64,000 nt of DNA from an uncultured Acidobacteriota bacterium (GCA_963836075.1 CAWIIB010000009.1:3452850-3516849); one strand, 5' to 3'. Shown: positions 21,363 through 31,662, counted from the first letter of the stretch. Notes: a model not told the origin generated them from the letters alone. A program made the numbers and translations.

Positions 21363-21390
21363 TATCGTCATTATTGTACTCATTCGCGAA

Positions 21391-21425
21391 AAAAGGGACA
21401 CTCGACTTGTTTGAGTGTCCCTTTT
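21391..21425. terminator. Bidirectional intrinsic terminator
   Basis: AAAAGGGACACTC...GAGTGTCCCTTTT lies between convergent genes. Confidence 0.75.
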
Positions 21426-21460
21426 GCATGCATATCGAAACCGGTGTCCGCCCCTGGTCC

Positions 21461-21865
21461 TCACGGATTGAGCCGCAGGTCGCAGCGCCCGTCCAGTACG
21501 CGGCATTCCAGAGAAGCCGTGGCCCTGTCGCGAAAGGTCATGGTCAGGGTGATCAGCCCGCCGCCGGCCGCCCCGGTTTCCTGCACTTCAGCCCGGTCAA
21601 CGGTCCGGCCCTCGAACCAGCTGCTGTGATCCTCCGCTGAGTAGCCGTCATCCAGGTCATCCCCGATCTCGCAGGCCGGGAAGCGGTCGACACCGCAGTA
21701 GCTCCCGTCGATAAAGATGCGAAACCACCCCTCACCGCCGGCGTCCTCCACCCAGAGCAGGATCGTGTTGCCGTCCGACACGTCCACCACGGCCGTGGCC
21801 TCGCCGAACTCGATTCCGGCCAGCCCGTCCAACGGGCCCTGGTGGTGCTGAAAGATTCGTTCCAT
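21461..21865 (-). CDS. Hypothetical acidic protein (134 aa)
   Basis: ATG with an AAGGGA RBS just downstream of ftsK. No recognisable domain. Confidence 0.6.
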   Translation of the reverse strand: MERIFQHHQGPLDGLAGIEFGEATAVVDVSDGNTILLWVEDAGGEGWFRIFIDGSYCGVDRFPACEIGDDLDDGYSAEDHSSWFEGRTVDRAEVQETGAAGGGLITLTMTFRDRATASLECRVLDGRCDLRLNP

Positions 21866-21883
21866 TGGCTGTCCCTTTTCACG

Positions 21884-24344
21884 CTACCGCTGTTGCTCAT
21901 CCACCTCGTCAAAATAGTCGCCGTCCACCAGGATCTCACGGGCCTTGCTGCCCTCGTGGGGGCCGACGATGCCGTCCATCTCCATGTAGTCGATGAGCCG
22001 GGCCGCGCGGCTGTAGCCAATTTTCAGCCGCCGCTGGAGGTGGGAGATGGAGGCCTGGCCCGACTTGACCACGATGCGCACCGCCTCGTCGTAGAGCGGG
22101 TCCTGGTCGTTATCCCCGCTGCTGCCCAGTCCGCCGCCCAGGGGATCCTCCTCCGCTTCGAGGTCCAGTTCGTAGCTGGGCCGGGCCTGTGCGCGGAGGA
22201 AATCAACCAGCCGCGTGGTTTCCTGTTCGGTGATGTAGGCGCCGTGGATTCGCACCAGGCGCGAACTGCCCGGCGGCAGGAACAGCATGTCGCCGTCGCC
22301 CAGCAGCTTCTCGGCGCCGCCGGTGTCGATGATCGTGCGCGAGTCGATGCGCGAGGAAACCCGGAAAGAGATCCGCGCCGGCAGGTTGGCCTTGATCAGT
22401 CCGGTGATTACGTCCACCGAGGGGCGCTGGGTGGCCACCACCAGGTGGATCCCCACCGCCCGGGCCATGTGGGCCAGCCGGGCGATGCACAACTCCACTT
22501 CCGACGTGTTGCCGACCATCATCAGGTCAGCCAGCTCGTCGATCACCACCACGATGTAGGGCAGCGGTTTGTCTTCCTTCCGCTCCACGGTGAGTTTCTC
22601 GGTGGCGCCGTCCTCGTCGGCTTCGGGCTTCGGCGCGGCCGGTTTCTTCGGACCCGCCTCCGCTTCCTGACGCAGCACCTTGTTGTACTGCTCGATGTTG
22701 CGCACGCCGTACGAGGCCAGCTGGGTGTAGCGGTTCTCCATCTCGGTCACTGCCCATTTCAGGGCGCTGGCCGCCAGCTTGGGGTCGGTGACCACCGGAG
22801 TCAGCAGGTGGGGGATGTCCTCGTAGATCCCCAGCTCCAGCCGCTTGGGATCGATGAGCACAAAACGGACCTCACTGGGAGTGGAGCGGTGGAGGATGCT
22901 GGAGATCATCACGTTCAGGCCCACACTCTTGCCCATCCCGGTGGCCCCGGCGATGAGCATGTGGGGCATGGAGGCCAGGTCGGAGGTGTAGATCTTGCCG
23001 TCGATGGTCTTGCCCAGGGCCAGGGGCAGCCGCGAGGTGGTTCCGCGGTAGCTGTCGGAATCGAGGATCTCACGCACGGCGATGATCTCGCGGTTGAGGT
23101 TGGGCACCTCGAGGCCGATGGTGGAGCGTCCGGCCATGCGGTCGATGCGGATCGACTCGGCCCGCAGGGCGAGGCAGAGATCGTCGCTCAGCGAGACGAC
23201 GCGGCTGTACTTGACCCCGGGGTCCGGACGGAACTCGAAGGTGGTGACCACCGGCCCGGGATGGATGCGCACCACATTGCCGCCGACGCCGAACTCCTCC
23301 AGTTTCTCCACCAGGATCTTCGACTTGCGCACCAGCTCGTCTTCGTCCACCCCGGCGTCAGGCAGCGGCATGTTGAGCAGGTCAAGGGGCGGTGTCTTGA
23401 ATTCCTCCTCGCTCTCCTTCTTTTTGGGAGGCCTCCGAGGTGGTTTGGGCTTCGGTTTGTCGGGGGGCTCCACCGCCGGCCGGGGCGGGGGAGTGAGAAC
23501 CGGCGGCTCGGCCGGCGGCATGGGTGTTTTAAGGGCCGGGATGTTCAGCGGTTCCGGCGCCGCGGGTGCCGGGCGGGTTCCGCGGTGGATCTGCGGCGAC
23601 TTCTTATTTCGGGATGTCGGGTGGACCGGACTCCTCCCGGTCCTTGCCGCGGCTCCGGGCGGGGCGCTCCTTCTTTTTCTGCGCTCTCTCCTCCAGGCGC
23701 TGCCGGGCATGCTCCCGCACCGTTGCCCACAGTCCGGCGCACCATTCGGCGAACCCGCGGAACCAGCCTGCCACCCGGGAAAAAACCGCGCCGGCCAGGC
23801 CGCCGGGGGTGAAGCTGGAGATCATCATCACGCCCACCAGCAGGGCGGCAATGAGCACCACCCAGCTGCCCACGGTGTTTACCAGCCCGGCAAGGAAACC
23901 GGCCAGCAGGCTGCCGATCCAGCCGCCGGGCATGATCTCTGCGCCGCCCATGGCCAGGGGGTGGATGAAGATCAACTGGAGCAGGGCGGTGAAGGCCACG
24001 GTGATCAGCACCATACCGGCCAGCCGGACCAGGCGTGAGTCAAAAGTCCGGTCCCGGGCAATGATCAAGGCCAGCGAGAGCAGCAGCAGGCCCAGCAGAA
24101 ACGAACTCATCCCGGCGAACTGCAGCAGGGCCTCGGAGATGGTGGCCCCCACCAGACCGAACCAGTTCTGGGGATCGGGTCCGTCGGGGTTGAAGAACCA
24201 GGACCGGTCCGCGGCGTTGTAGGAAGCCAGGCTGGTCAGCACCGCCACCGACAGGACCACGAAGAGAATGGAGAGGTAGTGGCGGGAGCGGCGCGGTGCG
24301 GCATCTTTGGCCCCGGTCTTTCCCTTTTTCTTTTTCTTCGGCAT
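21884..24344 (-). CDS. ftsK: DNA translocase FtsK/SpoIIIE (frameshift near 23605, likely an artefact)
   Basis: N-terminal 4TM domain, motor motifs GATGMGKS, DELADLM and ATQRPSVDVITG, and a gamma domain (LQRRLKIGYSRAAR). Confidence 0.93.
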
Positions 24345-24366
24345 CGTTCCCTCGTGCGTCGTCCGT

Positions 24367-25227
24367 TTACTCGGCCAGCGGGGCCAGTTCCCGGGCCAGG
24401 GCGGTGAACTCCTCCAGGTCGAGGGTTTCACCCCGGCGGTCCCGGGCCAGGTCCAGCTTGAGGAACAGGGCGGTCAATGTCTTGTCCTTACCGGCGAACC
24501 GGCGGTCGGCCCGGAGGTTGTTGAACAGTGTTTTGCGCCGGCTGCGAAAGGCGGCTGAGACCACCTCCAGCAGCCAGCGGCGCTGTTCACCGGACATCGA
24601 CCGCCCTTCCCGCGGGCTGAGACGGATCACCGTGGCATCGACGTTGGGCTTCGGCCTGAAGGCGTCCCGGCCAACATCGAGCAGCGGTGTCACCGAGCAG
24701 TCCAACTGCACCACCAGGCTGAGGAAACCGTACGCCGCGGAGGACGGACGGGCCGTCATGCGCTGGGCCACCTCCCGCTGGACCATGAAGGTCATATCCT
24801 GCACCAGCGGCAGGTGGTCCATCCAGCGCCGGACCAGCGGCACTGAAATGTTGAACGGCAGGTTCCCGGCCAACCGGAGTTTCTGTCCGCCTTCCGGCTG
24901 GAGGCCCAGCAGGTCCAGAACCTCTTGCGGCCCCACCTCCAGGGCGTCCGCCTCCAGAACCCTCAGGCTGGGGAAGCGCCGGCCCAGACCCTCGCGCAGG
25001 ATCGAGGCCAGCAGGGGGTCGATTTCCACCGCTACAATCTGGGCCGATCGGCCGGCCAGCTGCTCGGTGAGCACTCCCTCTCCCGGGCCGATTTCCAGGA
25101 ACAGGTCACCGGGCCGGGGGCCGATGGCCGAAACGATGCGCTCCGCCGCCGCTCGGTCACGGAGGAAGTTCTGTCCCCAGCGACGACGGGACGGGCCGTA
25201 GTGATACCTGCCCGCAACCTGCTTCAT
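24367..25227 (-). CDS. rsmA: 16S rRNA m6,2A dimethyltransferase KsgA
   Basis: Motifs GQNFL, EIGPGEG, GNLPFNI, MVQREVA and FRPKPNVD. Confidence 0.93.
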   Translation of the reverse strand: MKQVAGRYHYGPSRRRWGQNFLRDRAAAERIVSAIGPRPGDLFLEIGPGEGVLTEQLAGRSAQIVAVEIDPLLASILREGLGRRFPSLRVLEADALEVGPQEVLDLLGLQPEGGQKLRLAGNLPFNISVPLVRRWMDHLPLVQDMTFMVQREVAQRMTARPSSAAYGFLSLVVQLDCSVTPLLDVGRDAFRPKPNVDATVIRLSPREGRSMSGEQRRWLLEVVSAAFRSRRKTLFNNLRADRRFAGKDKTLTALFLKLDLARDRRGETLDLEEFTALARELAPLAE

Positions 25228-25322
25228 GCCTGTTCTGTTCCAAAATTGTTGATACAATACGGCTTATTGTAGGGGAAGAGGCGGCTGAAATCAACGGCCG
25301 CCCGCGGGCCGGGCAGCATCCA

Positions 25323-25352
25323 TTGACAAGCCAAAATGGGCGTCGATAGAAT
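25323..25352 (+). promoter_or_regulatory. sigma70 promoter
   Basis: TTGACA-N18-TAGAAT. Confidence 0.6.
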
Positions 25353-25441
25353 CGGGCCCTGTTGAATGGAACCCATGACATCCACGGCCAGCCAGCTCCA
25401 GTGCGTCCAGATCGCCGGGGCGGTGGAGGACCGGTGAGCCG

Positions 25442-26827
25442 ATGAACGACAGCAGGCAGGAGATCATCGTGGTGGGCGGGGGAGTGAGCGGCCTCTCCGC
25501 CGCCTGGTATCTCAGCCGGCTGTTGCCGCCGGGCGAGGTCCGGCTGCGGCTGGTGGAAGCCGACCGGTCCCTGGGCGGTCTGGCCGGATCGATGCCCCTG
25601 GGGGACCTCGAGGTGGACCGCTTTTACCACTTCGTGCTCAAGCCGGACCGCCACTACATGGAGCTGCTGGACGAACTGGGTCTGGGCAGCCGCCTGACCT
25701 GGCGCACTTCACGGATGGCCTTCTTTCACCAGGGCCGGCTGGTACCCTTCGGCACCCCGCTGAGCCTGCTGCTTTTCCCCGGCATGGGACTGGCCCACAA
25801 GCTGGCCTACGGGTATCAGGTCTTCCGCTCCAACCTGCGGCGGGACTGGCGTGACCTGGAGGGGCAGTCGGCTGTTGGCTGGCTCAAGCGGAACTTCGGC
25901 CAGCGGGGATATGCCGCCTGGTGGCGCCAGCTGATGGAGATGAAGTTTCGCGAGCACACCCCGGATGTTTCGGCAGCCTGGGTCTGGGCGCGGATCCGGC
26001 GCAACGCCCGGTCGCGGCACCGCCTGCTCACCGAACGGGCCGGCTACCTGGAAGGCGGCACCTCGGTCTTCATCAGGGCCCTGGAGCGGCAGTTGAAGGA
26101 GCGCGGGGTGGAGATCCTCACCGGCCGGCCGGTGGAGAGCCTGCTTCTGGATGCCGGCGGCGGCGGTGTGCGGGGCGTGCGGGCGGGCGGGCAGGAGCTG
26201 CCGGCCTCGAAGGTTGTTTTCGCCGCACCGCTGGTGAATCTGGCCGGTCTGCTGGATGGGCCGGTCCCGGCGGACTACGGCAACCGTCTGGGCCAGCTGA
26301 AGAACATCGGCTGCACCTGCACCCTGATCCGGCTGGACCGCCGGCTCACCGACAGTTTCTGGGTCAACTTCTCCGACCAGCGGGTGCCCCACGCCGGGAT
26401 CATCGAGTGGACCAACCTCTGCCGCGAGGAGCGGTTCGGCAACTCCTCGCTGATCTACATCCCGGAATACGGGGAATTTGCCGCCGGGGATCCGGCTGCC
26501 GACCCCGAAGCTCAGCTCCGGCGGTACCTGCCGGTATTTTCGGCCATCAACCCCGGCTTCCGCCACACCTGGGTCACGGACCTGGCCGTGGCCGGTTCAC
26601 CCCACGCCCAGCCGATCTGCGGCCGTCACTTCACCCGCTCACTGCCGCCGGTGCGCACGCCGATTCCCGGCCTGTGGGCTGCCGACTCCACTCACATTTT
26701 GCCCGACGACCGCACCATCTCGGCCAGCCTCAGCCTGGGACGGCTCATCGCCCGCGACGTGGCTGAGCAGTTCCCGGGCCGCGGCCGGTGGAGCGAGCAA
26801 CTGCTCTGGTCCCCCGAAGGCTTCTAG
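25442..26827 (+). CDS. FAD-dependent oxidoreductase (amine oxidase/protoporphyrinogen oxidase-like)
   Basis: Motifs VVGGGVSGLSAA, LGGLAGS, DRFYH and GYLEGG. Confidence 0.85.
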   Translation: MNDSRQEIIVVGGGVSGLSAAWYLSRLLPPGEVRLRLVEADRSLGGLAGSMPLGDLEVDRFYHFVLKPDRHYMELLDELGLGSRLTWRTSRMAFFHQGRLVPFGTPLSLLLFPGMGLAHKLAYGYQVFRSNLRRDWRDLEGQSAVGWLKRNFGQRGYAAWWRQLMEMKFREHTPDVSAAWVWARIRRNARSRHRLLTERAGYLEGGTSVFIRALERQLKERGVEILTGRPVESLLLDAGGGGVRGVRAGGQELPASKVVFAAPLVNLAGLLDGPVPADYGNRLGQLKNIGCTCTLIRLDRRLTDSFWVNFSDQRVPHAGIIEWTNLCREERFGNSSLIYIPEYGEFAAGDPAADPEAQLRRYLPVFSAINPGFRHTWVTDLAVAGSPHAQPICGRHFTRSLPPVRTPIPGLWAADSTHILPDDRTISASLSLGRLIARDVAEQFPGRGRWSEQLLWSPEGF

Positions 26828-26839
26828 CAGAGGTGTCTG

Positions 26840-27901
26840 TCACCTCTTGAGCAGCAGCTGCGGCAGAGCGGAGAGGGCGCCGGCGCCCACAGCGGTGAGG
26901 GCCAGCTGTTTGAGCAGGAAGAGGCGGATCGCGCCCGGCACCCCGAATATCCGTGCGGCGTGAGCCACGAAGCGCCGCCAGAGCATCAGCAGCAGCAGCT
27001 GCTGCAGGACCAAAGCCGCCGCCATGGGCAGGGGCCGGAAGGGCAGGGCGGCGACGATCAGCCAGCCGAGGCCGCTCAGAGCGATGGAGAGCGGCATGAG
27101 AGCCCGGTCATACCCGCCGTCGCTTCTCCATTGTCGAGGAGTCCGGGAACGGATCAGGGCGAATACCCGGCTTTTGACGTAGTAGTTGCGCCAGAATTTT
27201 CGCAGGCCGAACCGGCTGTTGTGGCTCATCCGCGCCGCTGACGCCAGCAGGGTCGCCCGGCCCGCGGCCCGCAGGCGGTAGCCCAGGCCGAGATCCTCCA
27301 CGGTGGCCCCGCCCAGGGTCTGGTCGAAGCCGCCCACCGCCTCGAGGGCCGACCGGCGGACCAGAGCGCACTGTGAGCCGAAATTGGTCGGTGATCCGTC
27401 GCCGGCTTCCAGGTAGGTGAAGGCCGAGAAGCAGGTGGTGAAGTGGGAGAGCCACCCGCCGGCGAGGTTGCGTTCCCGATACACGCCCACCGCCGCGGCG
27501 GGGCCTGCCCCGCCAAGTGTGTGTACGAGCCGGGGCAGGGTATCCGGTTCCAGCACCACGTCGCTGTCGGTGAACAGCAGCAGCTCGCTGCCGGCTTCCG
27601 CCGTTCCCAGGTTTCTGGCTGCTGCCGCGCCGCGGCCCTCGGGCTGCCGCAGGAGACGGCAGTTACCCCCGTCGGCGATGAACCCCTCCACCTCCCGGGC
27701 TGTACGGTCGGTGCTGCCGTCATCCACCACGATGATTTCGGCCAGCAGCGCCCGGCTGGCGTGCAGCGAGTCCAGGGTGGCCCGAATGGTGGCGGCGCCG
27801 TTGCGCACCGGTATGATCACTGTCACCTGGGGCCGGCCTTCGGCGGCCGCTTCCCGAATCCCGCTGCCCGGTGTGCTGCTCTGGTCGGTGGACTGTCCCA
27901 T
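26840..27901 (-). CDS. Glycosyltransferase family 2 with C-terminal TM helices
   Basis: Motifs VIIPVRN, VDDGSTD, ARNLG, FTDSD and GGFD...ED. Confidence 0.88.
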   Translation of the reverse strand: MGQSTDQSSTPGSGIREAAAEGRPQVTVIIPVRNGAATIRATLDSLHASRALLAEIIVVDDGSTDRTAREVEGFIADGGNCRLLRQPEGRGAAAARNLGTAEAGSELLLFTDSDVVLEPDTLPRLVHTLGGAGPAAAVGVYRERNLAGGWLSHFTTCFSAFTYLEAGDGSPTNFGSQCALVRRSALEAVGGFDQTLGGATVEDLGLGYRLRAAGRATLLASAARMSHNSRFGLRKFWRNYYVKSRVFALIRSRTPRQWRSDGGYDRALMPLSIALSGLGWLIVAALPFRPLPMAAALVLQQLLLLMLWRRFVAHAARIFGVPGAIRLFLLKQLALTAVGAGALSALPQLLLKR

Positions 27902-27975
27902 GGCGCAATGGTATACCAGCCGCGGCCGGGTTGGCCAGATGGGCGTTCCGCCGGGTGGTTTCTTTGATTGCGGGG

Positions 27976-28016
27976 AAAAAAGGTGGCGGGAGGAGGTCAG
28001 GCCGGCCTCCTCCCGC
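27976..28016 (-). terminator. Intrinsic terminator on the minus strand
   Basis: An 11-bp GC stem (GCGGGAGGAGG/CCTCCTCCCGC) followed by CACCTTTTTT. Confidence 0.7.
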
Positions 28017-28204
28017 TCTCACACAATACCTTTCGGCATTTCCCGGACCCGTTTCGGGCGAATGTACCAAGTCCGCCCCGAGGCCGGGCATCCGGTTACC
28101 AGTGGATGAGGGGTAAACATCCCCGGTTCCCGGGTTTGTTGTGTCAACCCGGGAACCAGCAAGGAAGCAACCAGTGACCGGTGTATCTCACAACGTTTGT
28201 TGCC
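27976..28204 (-). ncRNA. Candidate sigma54-dependent structured small RNA or leader
   Basis: Bounded by a sigma54 -24/-12 site and a terminator, and made of consecutive hairpins. No family recognised. Confidence 0.5.
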
Positions 28205-28214
28205 CCGGATATAT

Positions 28215-28230
28215 CGCAATCTCCATGCCA
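28215..28230 (-). promoter_or_regulatory. sigma54 promoter (leftward)
   Basis: The minus strand reads TGGCATGGAGATTGCG (GG-N10-GC). Confidence 0.72.
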
Positions 28231-28380
28231 GCGGCCGCAGCAGATTCTGATGGCCACAAGTTGTTTGTATGCAGCAGATAAAAAATCAGCTGCTCTGGCC
28301 CGGGTTCCGCGGCGCTGCTCGGGAGATTACAATAGTGAAACTCAGAGTGTCCAAAATGGTAACTCTCGTTGATACCTGGA

Positions 28381-28409
28381 TTGACTCCCCATCGGGGCGG
28401 CCCTATAAT
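28381..28409 (+). promoter_or_regulatory. sigma70 promoter upstream of the moxR-bat operon
   Basis: TTGACT-N17-TATAAT. Confidence 0.7.
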
Positions 28410-28555
28410 TTTTCGGCTTCGGTCCGTTTTTGATGACAAACAATGTCAAAATGGCATGGGCCGGAATGCCGCCTGGAAGGACGGGCCAGGGTGTCAACAG
28501 GCGTAACCTTTGTTATTGCAGCAATATAAAGTCCGTCAGGTGCCGGTTGAAATCC

Positions 28556-28571
28556 TGGCATCGGTTTTGCT
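28556..28571 (+). promoter_or_regulatory. sigma54 promoter of the moxR-bat operon
   Basis: TGGCATCGGTTTTGCT (GG-N10-GC). Confidence 0.75.
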
Positions 28572-28670
28572 ATTTCCAGTAAAGTTCACCCGGGATTGTG
28601 CCAGGATGGCGGCCGGCCCGCTGCCGGCGGCCAGTGTCAAAATACCAGCGGGGAGGTCATGGGCCCGAAA

Positions 28671-29650
28671 ATGGACGTTCGAGAAATCAACGAGAAAGTC
28701 AAGGAAGAGAGCGCCTTTGTGGAGTCGGTGTTCAACGAGGTGCGCAAGGTCATCGTCGGCCAGGAGTACATGCTGGAGCGGATGCTGATCGGGATGCTCA
28801 GCGGTGGCCACATGCTGCTGGAGGGGGTGCCCGGCCTGGCCAAGACCCTGTCCGTCAGCACCTTTGCCCGCATCGTGGATACCGGGTTCAAGCGGATCCA
28901 GTTCACTCCGGACCTGCTGCCCGCCGACCTCATCGGCACCATGATCTACAACCAGAAGGACGGGACCTTCACCCCCAAGAAGGGCCCGATCTTCTCCAAC
29001 ATCGTGCTGGCCGACGAGATCAACCGCGCGCCGGCCAAGGTGCAGAGCGCGCTGCTGGAGGCGATGCAGGAGCGGCAGGTCACCATCGGCGACACCACCT
29101 GGCCACTGGCCGAGCCGTTCCTGGTGCTGGCCACCCAGAACCCCATCGAGCAGGAGGGGACCTACCCCCTGCCCGAGGCCCAGGTGGACCGCTTCATGCT
29201 CAAGCTGAAGATCGACTACCCGGGCAAGCGCGAGGAGCGGCTGATCCTCGACCGGATGACCGGCCTGGAACTCCCGTCGGTGAACGTTGTGGTCAGCCCG
29301 GAGGACATCGTCCGCACCCGGCAGACGGTGCACTCGATCTACATGGACGACCGGATCAAGGACTACATCGTCGACCTGATCTTCGCCACCCGTGCGCCGG
29401 CCGACTACGGGCTCTCCGCGGAGCGGCTGATCCAGTACGGCGCTTCGCCCCGGGCCACCATCTACCTCACCCTGGCCTCCCGGGCCCACGCCTTTATCAA
29501 GGGGCGGGGCTACGTGACACCGGAGGACGTCAAGGCCGTGGGGCCCGATGTCCTGCGCCACCGGATCATCCTGACCTACGAGGCCGAGGCCGAGGAGATC
29601 ACCACCGACCACATCGTGGGCCAGGTGCTCGACCGGTGGAAGTGCCCTGA
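28671..29650 (+). CDS. moxR: MoxR family AAA+ ATPase (true end VEVP-stop is in a shifted frame; alternative start 28659)
   Basis: Motifs LEGVPGLAKT, RIQFTPDLLP, DEINRAPAK, ATQNPIEQEGTYPLPEAQ and GASPR. Confidence 0.93.
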
Positions 29651-29693
29651 GCGGCAGCCGGACGTCCCCCCAGACCCTCCAGCGGAGCGCGAG

Positions 29694-30632
29694 ATGTTCT
29701 TCCGACGTCGCCAGAAGAAGCAAGCCCGGACCGCCAGTGGTCCCGCCGCCGGCCAGTTGCCCGCCGAGGTCCTGAAAAAGGTCCGCCGGGTGGAGCTGAA
29801 GACCCGCCGCCTGGTCAACGAAAGCATGGCCGGTGAATACCACAGCGTGTTCAAGGGGCGGGGCATGGCCTTTGCCGAGGTGCGCGAATACCAGGCCGGG
29901 GACGACGTGCGCATCATCGACTGGAACGTCACCTCGCGGATGGGCCACCCCTACGTCAAGGTCTTCGATGAAGAACGCGAGCTGACGGTGATGCTGCTGG
30001 TGGATGCCAGTTCCTCGGGGGAGTTCGGCACCCAGGCGCAGCTCAAGCGCGAGATCGCGGCGGAGATCTCGGCACTGCTCGCCTTTTCGGCGATCAAGAA
30101 CAACGACCGGGTGGGCCTGGTCATCTTCACCGACCGGGTGGAGAAGTTCATTCCCCCCAAAAAGGGCCGGGACCACGTGCTGCGGGTGATCAGGGAACTG
30201 CTCTGCTTCTCGCCCGCCAGCCAGGGCACCGACATCGCCGCCGCCCTGGAATACCTGAACCGGGTGCTGCGCAAGAAGAGCGTGGTGTTCCTCCTCTCCG
30301 ACTTCATGGCCATGGAGTTCGACCGGCCGATGCGGCTGACCAACAAACGCCACGACCTGGTGGCCATGTCGATCTCCGACCCCCGGGAGGTGGAGATGCC
30401 CAATGTGGGCCTGATCGAGCTGGAGGATGCCGAAACCGGCCGGCGAACCCTGGTGGACACTGCCGATGCGGGATTCCGCCGCCGCTACGGGGAGATTGCA
30501 GAAGGGCGCCGGGCGGATCTCAAGCGGCGGCTGGGGGCGATGGACGTGGACCACGTGGACATCCGCACCGACGAACCGTACGACAAGCCGCTGATGCATT
30601 TTTTCCGCCGGCGGACACGGAAGATGCACTGA
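29694..30632 (+). CDS. DUF58 domain (VWA-like) protein of the MoxR operon
   Basis: Motif FKGRGMAFAEVREYQAGDDVRIIDWNVT and EERELT. Confidence 0.9.
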   Translation: MFFRRRQKKQARTASGPAAGQLPAEVLKKVRRVELKTRRLVNESMAGEYHSVFKGRGMAFAEVREYQAGDDVRIIDWNVTSRMGHPYVKVFDEERELTVMLLVDASSSGEFGTQAQLKREIAAEISALLAFSAIKNNDRVGLVIFTDRVEKFIPPKKGRDHVLRVIRELLCFSPASQGTDIAAALEYLNRVLRKKSVVFLLSDFMAMEFDRPMRLTNKRHDLVAMSISDPREVEMPNVGLIELEDAETGRRTLVDTADAGFRRRYGEIAEGRRADLKRRLGAMDVDHVDIRTDEPYDKPLMHFFRRRTRKMH

Positions 30633-30642
30633 CTGGAGGACG

Positions 30643-31662
30643 ATGCAGATGCCCGGGCGCCACACAGCGATGGCCGGCAGGGGATGGCCGGGGGCCATGA
30701 GCAGGGCCATGGTTCTGGCGCTGGTGTGCCTGCTCTGTGCCGCGGGCGCGCCGCTGGCCGCACAGGAGAGCCCCGGGGGGGCCACCCTCAGCGGCACCGT
30801 CCAGCAGGGCCAGTGGACGGTGGGCGACCGCATCGGTTTCACCCTGGTGCTGGTGCACCCGCCGGGTCTCGTGGCGTCGCTGCCCGAAGTGGACAGCGAG
30901 CTGGGCCCCTTCCTGGTGCGCGACTTCGAGGATGGGGGCAGCCGCACCCTCGATGACGGCCGGCTGGAGCAGACCTGGCATTTCTGGCTCACCGCCTGGG
31001 AAACCGGCGACCTGGAAATCCCCCCGGTAACCGTGGCGCTCAGCGGTGGAACCGGGGGCGTGGAGAAGGTGAGTTCGGCGGCGGTGGCCGTGACCGTCCT
31101 CTCGGTGATCGAGGGCGAGGTGGAGGACATCGCCGACCTGCGCCCGCCGGGTGAGGTCCCGTACAGTTTTGTTCCGCTGGCCATCTGGAGCGTTGCCGGT
31201 CTGGCCGCCCTGGCTGTCCTGCTCTGGCTCCGGGTCTGGTGGATCCGCCGCCGCCGGCAGGGCGCCCTGCGTGACGAGGCCAGCCGATTGCCCCCGCGCC
31301 AGCTGGCGATCCGGGAGCTGCAGCGGCTCACCGCATCCGACCTGTTGAAGCATGACCGCTACAAGGATTTCTACATCGCCATCTCGGAGATCATCGACCG
31401 GCTGCTGCACGGCGCCCTGGGGGTTCCCACCGTGGAGCGCACGTCCGGGGAGATCATGCGCGACCTGCGTGAGCGGGCCGCGGGCACGCCGCTGGTGCCG
31501 GCCGCCGGCGAGTTTTTCGAGGCCTGCGACATGGTGAAGTTTTCCCGCCACATTCCCGGTGACGCCGAGAACAGCAGCATCATTGCTCTGGCCTACCAGC
31601 TGGTGGATCTGGCGGCGCCGGAAACCACCGGTCCGGCGCCCGGTGCGGGGGAGGTGAGCTAA
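30643..31662 (+). CDS. Bat-operon membrane protein (BatD-like N-terminus, DUF4381-like)
   Basis: Signal peptide, TVGD, DIADLRP, one TM helix, ERTSGE and DMVKF. Position in the operon fits. Confidence 0.75.
   Translation: MQMPGRHTAMAGRGWPGAMSRAMVLALVCLLCAAGAPLAAQESPGGATLSGTVQQGQWTVGDRIGFTLVLVHPPGLVASLPEVDSELGPFLVRDFEDGGSRTLDDGRLEQTWHFWLTAWETGDLEIPPVTVALSGGTGGVEKVSSAAVAVTVLSVIEGEVEDIADLRPPGEVPYSFVPLAIWSVAGLAALAVLLWLRVWWIRRRRQGALRDEASRLPPRQLAIRELQRLTASDLLKHDRYKDFYIAISEIIDRLLHGALGVPTVERTSGEIMRDLRERAAGTPLVPAAGEFFEACDMVKFSRHIPGDAENSSIIALAYQLVDLAAPETTGPAPGAGEVS

Noticed and set aside
28596-30632. Apparent 678-aa MoxR-DUF58 fusion
   Set aside because: The normal MoxR ending (VEVP-stop, 29650) is in the neighbouring frame. 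One missing base near 29636 explains the fusion.
28536-31331. Long antisense ORFs (also 7185-9284, 16725-18791, 21842-23812)
   Set aside because: These are shadow ORFs of high-GC genes on the opposite strand and carry no recognisable domains.
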